Part shown: piece after piece, positions 57,630-64,000 of the stretch | How the letters are laid out: the number at the start of each line of letters is the position of its first letter | How positions within the stretch are numbered: the first letter of the stretch is position 1 | Source: Oscillospiraceae bacterium | GTDB taxonomy: Bacteria; Bacillota; Clostridia; Oscillospirales; Ruminococcaceae | Direction of reading: 5' to 3' | NCBI GenBank assembly: GCA_009776305.1 | Contig: WRLY01000003.1 | Span: 72,068-136,067, forward strand | Length of the DNA: 64,000 nt | Notes under the pieces: generated by a model | Told to the model about the DNA's origin: nothing | What the model saw: the letters and a program-made list of their open reading frames with translations, nothing else | Database searches by the model: none | Position numbers and translations under genes: made by a program

Positions 57630-58385
57630 GTGGCTGATTTGAATAATTCAAGTAACGCGGCGCAAAAAGCAAAAATTTCAGCGGTGGGGGATTCTTCTGT
57701 ACTTATAGAATTTGAAAACGAAATTTCCCCGGAAATTAACGCCAAAATAACAAGCTTGGTTCGACTTATAAAAGAACAGCAAATCAAGGGTATTACGGAT
57801 ATGATTCCTTCCTTTCGCGCCTTGCTGGTCAACTATGAGCCGAGAGTGATTTCCTACAGCCGAATCCGCAGGCGGCTTTCGGAGCTTGCGCGGTTTGAAG
57901 CACGGACAACGGAAAGCTCCGCTAAGATTTTTGAGATACCTGTTTGCTACGCCGGCGAATACGCTCCCGATATAGACCATATTGCCAAGCGGGCAGGTTT
58001 GAGCGTTAAAGAGGTAATTAAAATCCATTCGGGGCGGGATTATTTGATTTATATGCTTGGGTTTATGCCCGGTTTTCCGTACCTTGGCGGGTTAGACGAG
58101 CGTATTCACACCCCCCGCCTTGAAACGCCACGCGTGCAAATCCGTGCGGGTAGTGTAGGAATCGGAGGAACCCAGACAGGGATTTATCCTTTGGATTCCC
58201 CCGGAGGGTGGCAGTTGCTCGGAATGACCCCTGTAAAAACCTATGACCCGATGCGGGAACAGCCCATACTTTTTGAAGCGGGAGATTATATAAGGTTTGT
58301 ACCTATAGATAAATCACAGTTCAATGAAATTAAAGCGCAGACAGAAGAAGGAACTTATAAATGCAATGTTCACTTATGTTCCTAA
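57630..58385 (+). CDS. pxpB: 5-oxoprolinase subunit B (KipI-like)
   Basis: GDSSVLIEF, IPVCY, MLGFMPGFPYLGG, GSVGIGG.QTGIYP..SPGGWQ. Confidence 0.93.
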   Translation: MADLNNSSNAAQKAKISAVGDSSVLIEFENEISPEINAKITSLVRLIKEQQIKGITDMIPSFRALLVNYEPRVISYSRIRRRLSELARFEARTTESSAKIFEIPVCYAGEYAPDIDHIAKRAGLSVKEVIKIHSGRDYLIYMLGFMPGFPYLGGLDERIHTPRLETPRVQIRAGSVGIGGTQTGIYPLDSPGGWQLLGMTPVKTYDPMREQPILFEAGDYIRFVPIDKSQFNEIKAQTEEGTYKCNVHLCS

Positions 58386-58435
58386 TACTAATCTTAGATT
58401 AGTATTATAAAAAACCGATTTGAGGTGGGTTAAGT

Positions 58436-59467
58436 ATGGGCATTCGCGTATTAAAGCCGGGCTTATTGACTACCATACAGGATTTAGGGCGTACAGGTTA
58501 TCAAAGCCAGGGATTCGGCGTTTCGGGGGTTATGGACACGCGCTCTTTCAGAATTGCCAATCTTCTTTTAGACAACCCCGAAAACGAGGCGGTTATAGAG
58601 TTCACCTTGAGCGGACCTGTTTTGGAATTTACGTCGGAAACTATTATTGCCATTACCGGCGGTGACTTTCAGCCTATGGTGAATAAAAAGCCGATTAAGA
58701 TGTACACGGCTGTTTATATGAATAAAGGTGATATATTGGAATTTGCCGGTTGTAAGACCGGCTGTCGGGGGTATATCGCTTTTTCAAGTTACTTAAATGT
58801 TCCTATGATTATGGGAAGTCGCTCTACTAATATAAAATGTGGCATAGGCGGCTTTAAGGGACGTAAACTACAGGAGCGCGATTCGATTATCTTTCGTCAA
58901 AAACGACGTTATCTGCCTTACTTTTTGTCCCGTACTCTTAATTTGCCTGATTTTCATGAGATTGACAAAAGAGAAATTACTTTGCGGGTTGTTTTAGGAC
59001 CGCAACAACACCATTTTTCAAAACAAGGGGTGGAAACATTTTTGAGCGGCGTTTATACGGTAACAAGCGAGTTTGACCGTATGGGCTGTCGTTTGGAAGG
59101 TCCTTTGATTGAATCGCGAAACAGTAAAACAGGAACGGATATTATTTCCGATGGGATTGCTTTCGGCTCTGTTCAGGTGCCGAGCGGCAAGCCGATTATT
59201 TTATTGGCTGACAGGCAGACCACCGGAGGCTATGCTAAAATTGCCACGGTCGCTTCTGTTGATATACCAAAATTAGCACAGCGAAAACCCGGCAACACAG
59301 TCCGCTTTACCGACGTTACCGTGGAGGAAGCCGCAAAGCTGATTAAAGACGAGATGAATGAACTGGAAGACTTCAGAAAAGAAATTCACAAACCCTGCGC
59401 GGAGGTGCTGGACTCAAGATTGGTGGCAAAAAGGTTGCAAAAATTGTTTGTAAAGGCGGGGGAGTAA
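58436..59467 (+). CDS. pxpC: 5-oxoprolinase subunit C (KipA-like)
   Basis: PGLLTTIQDLGR, GSRST, DRMGCRL, GSVQVP, DRQTTGGYAKI. Confidence 0.93.
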   Translation: MGIRVLKPGLLTTIQDLGRTGYQSQGFGVSGVMDTRSFRIANLLLDNPENEAVIEFTLSGPVLEFTSETIIAITGGDFQPMVNKKPIKMYTAVYMNKGDILEFAGCKTGCRGYIAFSSYLNVPMIMGSRSTNIKCGIGGFKGRKLQERDSIIFRQKRRYLPYFLSRTLNLPDFHEIDKREITLRVVLGPQQHHFSKQGVETFLSGVYTVTSEFDRMGCRLEGPLIESRNSKTGTDIISDGIAFGSVQVPSGKPIILLADRQTTGGYAKIATVASVDIPKLAQRKPGNTVRFTDVTVEEAAKLIKDEMNELEDFRKEIHKPCAEVLDSRLVAKRLQKLFVKAGE

Positions 59468-59471
59468 TTCT

Positions 59472-60677
59472 GTGAGTAATACCATAAGACGAGGACGGCT
59501 TGAACCGCCACTCAATAAAGACAAAGCGCTTACACCCGGCTCAGGGGCGGCGAAATTGCGTCTGCCTGTAAGGCAGTTTAAAAAAGTGTTGGTAGCCAAC
59601 CGCGGCGAAATAGCCGTTAGAATAATCCGAGCTTTGCGGGAGCTTGGTATTCGCAGTGTGGCTGTATATTCCAAGGAAGATAAAAACAGTCTGCACGTCC
59701 AATTGGCAGACCAGAGAATTTGCATCGGAGAAGATTCCCCGAACAGCTATTTTAATAAAGAGCGGATTGTAACATCAGCTTTAATCTTTGAGGCGGACGC
59801 AGTTCACCCGGGTTACGGCTTTCTTTCAGAAAATGCTGACTTTGCACGCTTATGCGCTAAAAACAGCATAACGTTTATAGGTCCGCAAGCCGACATACTT
59901 GAAAACATAAGCAATAAATCCAATACTCATCAAATTAGTGAAAAAAATATTGAAAATATGCGGCACATTGAGGTTCAAATTATCGCGGATAATTACGGAA
60001 ATGTGGTATCTTTTGGGGAACGGGATTGCACTATCCGACTTAGGCACGGACATAATAAGCTTTTGGCTGAATCCCCCTCCCCTGCCGTTAATTCCGCAAT
60101 GAGAAAGGCTTTGGGTGAAGCGGCGGTGATTGCCGCTAAGGAGTTGGGATATGTAAACGCAGGAACAGCAGAATTTGTTTTGGACGCTGAGGGGCAACAT
60201 TATTTCACAAAAATAAAGCCCTGTATTCAGACTGAACACGGGGTAACGGAAATAGCAACAGGTATAGATTTGGTGGCAGAGCAAATTAGGGTTGCTGCCG
60301 GTGAAGTTTTGAGCTTTACCGGAAAGAATGTTAAAATAACGGGACACTCCATAGGATGCCGGATTTACGCCGAGTTGTCGGGAAACAGCGTTGCCAGGCA
60401 CATTCACCTGCCCGCCGGAAACGGTATTCGGGTGGATACGGTTTTATACACAGGCTATTCTGTACCGTCGGATTATGCTGATTATGATAATATGATTGCC
60501 AATGTATTGGTTCACGCCCCCACGCGGGAACGCGCAATTGCTAAAATGCGCTCCGCGTTAGATGAAACAGTTATATTAGGCGTTAAAACCAATTTAGATT
60601 TTCTGTTTCAGATTACGCGTGAGCCTGAATTTTGCGCGGGCAGATTTGATTCAAGTTTTATAAATAACAGTTACTGA
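59472..60677 (+). CDS. Degenerate biotin carboxylase-like protein (B-domain deleted)
   Basis: ANRGEIA and HPGYGFLSEN are retained. About 76 aa including KASAGGGGRG are missing relative to AccC in this window, and EMNTR is replaced by KIKPC. Confidence 0.85.
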   Translation: MSNTIRRGRLEPPLNKDKALTPGSGAAKLRLPVRQFKKVLVANRGEIAVRIIRALRELGIRSVAVYSKEDKNSLHVQLADQRICIGEDSPNSYFNKERIVTSALIFEADAVHPGYGFLSENADFARLCAKNSITFIGPQADILENISNKSNTHQISEKNIENMRHIEVQIIADNYGNVVSFGERDCTIRLRHGHNKLLAESPSPAVNSAMRKALGEAAVIAAKELGYVNAGTAEFVLDAEGQHYFTKIKPCIQTEHGVTEIATGIDLVAEQIRVAAGEVLSFTGKNVKITGHSIGCRIYAELSGNSVARHIHLPAGNGIRVDTVLYTGYSVPSDYADYDNMIANVLVHAPTRERAIAKMRSALDETVILGVKTNLDFLFQITREPEFCAGRFDSSFINNSY

Positions 60678-60728
60678 ATAACTTGCAAAGCGAGTTATTC
60701 AGAATTATAAGTAACAGGAGCAATAAAT

Positions 60729-61496
60729 ATGATATATAAAGTAGACTTAAACAGTGATTTAGGAGAAAGTTTCGGCGCTTATAACATAGGCATGGACGAA
60801 AAAATCATACCGCTTATTTCTTCCGCCAACGTTGCCTGCGGCTACCATGCCTCAGACCCCGTGGTTATGTTGCGAACCATTGAGCGTATAAAAGCGGCGG
60901 GAGCGCAAATAGGCGCACATCCGGGATTTCCCGATTTAATGGGTTTCGGACGGCGCAATATGAGCATTTCGTTAGAAGAGGCAAAGGCATACACCTTATA
61001 CCAAATCGGGGCTTTGGGCGGAATGTGCCGTGCAAGCGGTATAAAATTACAGCATGTCAAAGCCCACGGCGCACTTTACAACATGGCGGCGGCAGATTAT
61101 TCCTTATCTAAGGCTATTTGCGAAGCAATAGCCGCTTTTGACCCTAATGTAATAGTACTGGGCTTATCGGGAAGCGAGACAATCCGTGCGGCTGAGGACT
61201 GCGGTTTGAGGGTCGCACGGGAGGTTTTTGCCGACCGCGGTTATAACGAGGACGGTTCTTTAGTAAACCGTAATAAGGAAGGCGCGTTTATTCATGATGA
61301 AAACGAGGCTGTATCAAGAGTTGTTCGCATGGTAAAAGAGGGGAAAGCTCAGGCGATAACAGGCAAGGATATTTCAATCAGGGCAGATTCGGTTTGCGTA
61401 CACGGGGACGGAGAAAAGGCGTTGCTGTTTGTGGAGAGAATCCGTGGGACGCTTAAAGAGGCGGGAATTGAGGTTTGCGGGTTGGGAGATTTGTAA
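60729..61496 (+). CDS. pxpA: 5-oxoprolinase subunit A (LamB/YcsF)
   Basis: [50 protein letters not shown]. Confidence 0.95.
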   Translation: MIYKVDLNSDLGESFGAYNIGMDEKIIPLISSANVACGYHASDPVVMLRTIERIKAAGAQIGAHPGFPDLMGFGRRNMSISLEEAKAYTLYQIGALGGMCRASGIKLQHVKAHGALYNMAAADYSLSKAICEAIAAFDPNVIVLGLSGSETIRAAEDCGLRVAREVFADRGYNEDGSLVNRNKEGAFIHDENEAVSRVVRMVKEGKAQAITGKDISIRADSVCVHGDGEKALLFVERIRGTLKEAGIEVCGLGDL

Positions 61497-61507
61497 GTGT
61501 TATAATT

Positions 61508-62893
61508 TCAGACTTTATTTACGAATCCATCAAATTTATAAAAGATTTCAACCTGCTTATCAGTTATTATTATTTTGTTTAAACAATTGCGAATTATATT
61601 TTTGCGCTCCTGTACGGTCATGTATTCCCATGTTTCCTTTAGAGTAGTGAGCGTTTTATTTATATTTTGTATCTGTCCGCTGATTGCACTGCGTTCCTGT
61701 TCCCTTTTTATCTGTTCCTGTATGCCGGTAAGCTGTTTTCGTAACTCACCAATCGTTTCGAGAAGAACCTCATCACTTCCCTCCGAATAAATGCCGTAAA
61801 GGCGTTTTATTTTTTTGGCTGTTTCCCCATACTGACTGTTTAAAATTTCTATAACGCTCTTTGACGACTCCTTTTCGCATTTTATATTTTTTTGTCTTAA
61901 CGAAAAGGCAAATAAATCCTGTATAACCACGCTTTCTATTTCAGCCGCCCACTGCTTTGGGTTGTTGCAGTCGGGGTCTTTAATAAGGTGTGGTTTGTTT
62001 TTATCCTGCGAATAGCATACAAGCTTGCAGTCATATTTTCCCCACTTCTGATAACGCAGTTTTGCGCCGCATTTACCGCAAACCAAAAGCCCCGTCAATA
62101 AGTAATTGCTGTCACTCGGGCGAAACACCGACCTCGAAAGCATATAATCCATAGCCTTTTGATAGGTTTCAAGACTGATAATAGGTTCATGCTTTCCTAT
62201 ATATTCCTCGCCGTTATAGTTTATGAACCCGGCATTGGATTTTCTTGTCAAAATCTGCATCGCTAATTTCTCATATTTTAATCCTACCATTTGAGCTATT
62301 TTGGCACAAGAGTAGCCCTCTAAGTATAAATCGTAAATTTTTCGGACGGTATCGGCATCTTGGTTTGGAATAAGTATCCCCTGCCCTTTATCATAATCAT
62401 ATCCGAAAGGGATTCTGCCACCGCCCATCCACAAGCCCGCCTTGACCCGCTCTTTCATTCCCATACGGGTTCGCTCGCGGATATTCTCCCGCTCAAGCTG
62501 GGCAAAGGCAGAAAGTATGCCGAGCATTAACCGCCCGAGAGGTGTTGAGGTATCCATACTTTCATTCAGCGATAAAAAGTCAACGCCGTGAGGGTTGAAA
62601 ACGTCTTCAATTAAGTACAGGGTATCCTTTTGGCTTCGGGAAAGCCTGTCAAGCTTATAAACCAAAACCCTGTCCACAAGTCCGTTTTTTATATCCTCAA
62701 TCAACCGCCCAAGCTCCGGGCGCTCGATATTGCTCCCTGTGAAACCGCCGTCGATATAATAATCGTAGTCCTTAATGCCTTTGGATACACAATAAGCTGT
62801 CAGCATTTCCTTTTGGGCGTCAATCGAGTAACCTTCCTCGCGCTGTGCGTCGGTTGAAACACGGATATAAATTGCGGATTTTATTTTTTTCAT
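61508..62893 (-). CDS. Large serine recombinase
   Basis: Catalytic IYIRVST, VYKLDRLSR, FAQLERENIRER, GG.IPFGY, zinc ribbon CGKC...C...C, coiled coil. Confidence 0.96.
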   Translation of the reverse strand: MKKIKSAIYIRVSTDAQREEGYSIDAQKEMLTAYCVSKGIKDYDYYIDGGFTGSNIERPELGRLIEDIKNGLVDRVLVYKLDRLSRSQKDTLYLIEDVFNPHGVDFLSLNESMDTSTPLGRLMLGILSAFAQLERENIRERTRMGMKERVKAGLWMGGGRIPFGYDYDKGQGILIPNQDADTVRKIYDLYLEGYSCAKIAQMVGLKYEKLAMQILTRKSNAGFINYNGEEYIGKHEPIISLETYQKAMDYMLSRSVFRPSDSNYLLTGLLVCGKCGAKLRYQKWGKYDCKLVCYSQDKNKPHLIKDPDCNNPKQWAAEIESVVIQDLFAFSLRQKNIKCEKESSKSVIEILNSQYGETAKKIKRLYGIYSEGSDEVLLETIGELRKQLTGIQEQIKREQERSAISGQIQNINKTLTTLKETWEYMTVQERKNIIRNCLNKIIITDKQVEIFYKFDGFVNKV

Positions 62894-62947
62894 AAATCGC
62901 TCCCATGTGAAATAATGCTACAACGGAAAAGAATCGCTTTTTCTATC

Positions 62948-62976
62948 ATTATAGCATATACTTTAATTTATTTCAA
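62948..62976 (-). promoter_or_regulatory. sigmaA-type promoter of the recombinase
   Basis: TTGAAA-17-TATAAT with extended TG. Confidence 0.7.
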
Positions 62977-63130
62977 CATCTTTTGTTTCAATACGTCTTT
63001 TGTCGGGAACCGCTTTTAATCTTTCATTTACCTGTAAAATAGTCTTTTGAATAATTTCGCTTTCAATAATATAATTTTTCATGTTTTCAGAATTTAATTT
63101 TTGATTATTTACATAGCGTATTATTTCCAA
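62963..63130 (-). CDS. 55-aa protein upstream of the recombinase; candidate recombination directionality factor
   Basis: RBS GAGGTG, TTG start, MEIIRYVNNQKLNSENMKNYIIESEIIQKTILQVNERLKAVPDKRRIETKDVEIN*; below the ORF-track cutoff. Function is inferred from position only. Confidence 0.65.
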   Translation of the reverse strand: MEIIRYVNNQKLNSENMKNYIIESEIIQKTILQVNERLKAVPDKRRIETKDVEIN

Positions 63131-63147
63131 AAATTACCACCTCAATT

Positions 63148-63177
63148 TATTATGGGAGGGAGGGAGGGTTTTTAAAC
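63148..63177 (-). promoter_or_regulatory. Putative forespore (sigmaF/sigmaG-type) promoter
   Basis: GTTTA-N18-CATAATA directly upstream of the RBS of the 55-aa ORF. Confidence 0.5.
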
Positions 63178-63320
63178 AAGCGGCTAACTCCTTTTGCCGC
63201 TCATATAAAAATCCGGGAGATATATTATTTTTATTTTTAATTCTTGTCTTGCAAACAACGATAATGTATGGTATACTTTGGGAGTTCCGCTTAAAATCAT
63301 GAGAGCCCCGGAGGTAAAAA

Positions 63321-64000
63321 GTGCCAAACATAATAATTATCGGCGAAAACAGCTACATAGGGAACGCCTTTGAAGCTTTCGCCCGAAAAGAACTTAACCC
63401 CAATATAAAAAAAATCAGCAGTCGTAATGAAGCTTGGAAAAACGAGAATTTTTCCCAAGCCGACTGCGTTTTATTTTGCGCCGGAATAGCCCACAAAAAA
63501 GCGGAAGACGAGCTGCATTTCGCTGTAAACCGCGATTTGGCGGTCGAAACAGCAAAAAAAGCTAAAAAAGAAAAAGTCCCCCACTTTATTTACATCAGCA
63601 GTGCGGCTGTTTTCGGAAATGATGGGGGTACAGTCAACCCGCGAACCCCCCCGAACCCGCGCGGTGCTTATGGCGAAAGCAAGTTTGAAGCTGAAAACGA
63701 GTTGAAAAAATTAAGTGATGTTAATGACAACGGATTCATTTTAACAATTGTACGCCCACCTATGGTTTACGGAGCGGGTTGTAAAGGTAATTTCCCGCGG
63801 CTTGTGAGGTTGTCGGAAATTATGCCCTTATTCCCCGATATTGATAATAAACGCAGTATGATTTATATAGAAAATTTATGCTTTTTCCTGCTTGGTTTGA
63901 TTGAGGACAGGCGGCGAGGCGTATTTTTCCCGCAAAACGCGGAATATCAAAGCACTTCTGCCATTTATCGGCAGATTCGCGAGGTTTTGGGCAAAAAAAG
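63321..64000 (+). CDS. NAD-dependent epimerase/dehydratase (3' end off the window)
   Basis: RBS GGAGG and GTG start; IIGENSYIG, CAGIAH, FIYISSAAVFG, YGESK, RPPMVYG. Confidence 0.9.
   Translation, partial: MPNIIIIGENSYIGNAFEAFARKELNPNIKKISSRNEAWKNENFSQADCVLFCAGIAHKKAEDELHFAVNRDLAVETAKKAKKEKVPHFIYISSAAVFGNDGGTVNPRTPPNPRGAYGESKFEAENELKKLSDVNDNGFILTIVRPPMVYGAGCKGNFPRLVRLSEIMPLFPDIDNKRSMIYIENLCFFLLGLIEDRRRGVFFPQNAEYQSTSAIYRQIREVLGKK

Noticed and set aside
54640-64000. Prophage or ICE around the recombinase
   Set aside because: There are no structural, replication, lysis, repressor or conjugation genes in the window.

Overview
This looks like chromosomal DNA from a spore-forming clostridial bacterium, probably Oscillospiraceae/Ruminococcaceae-like (inferred from gene content). 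Most of it is housekeeping or accessory: an MCP, MalT-like and BTAD regulators, proBA, a fab/acc cluster, aroE/aroK, two ECF sigma/anti-sigma pairs, a Tim44-SPFH module, tRNA-Lys, a FIST-hybrid kinase pair, Fur/Zur-znuCB, malQ and a pxpBCA cluster. Two things stand out. (1) The forespore sigma gene sigG stops abruptly at ...STYAVPM (54618) at an att-like junction. About 7 kb downstream sit a large serine recombinase with a sigmaA-type promoter and an unannotated 55-aa ORF with a forespore-type promoter. This suggests a developmentally controlled rearrangement that rebuilds sigG. The 3' half of sigG is not in the window, so the idea is unproven. (2) A 171-bp non-coding element, predicted to fold into two three-hairpin junctions, occurs twice. 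Each copy sits right after the TGTTATAAT -10 box of a sigmaA promoter and re-creates a -10 box at its far end. Smaller observations: in-frame 18-bp repeat arrays in the MalT-like gene, two candidate ncRNAs, a shared ECF promoter motif, a probably inactive biotin carboxylase and several decayed gene inserts. All calls are by-eye motif recognition; no database searches were run.
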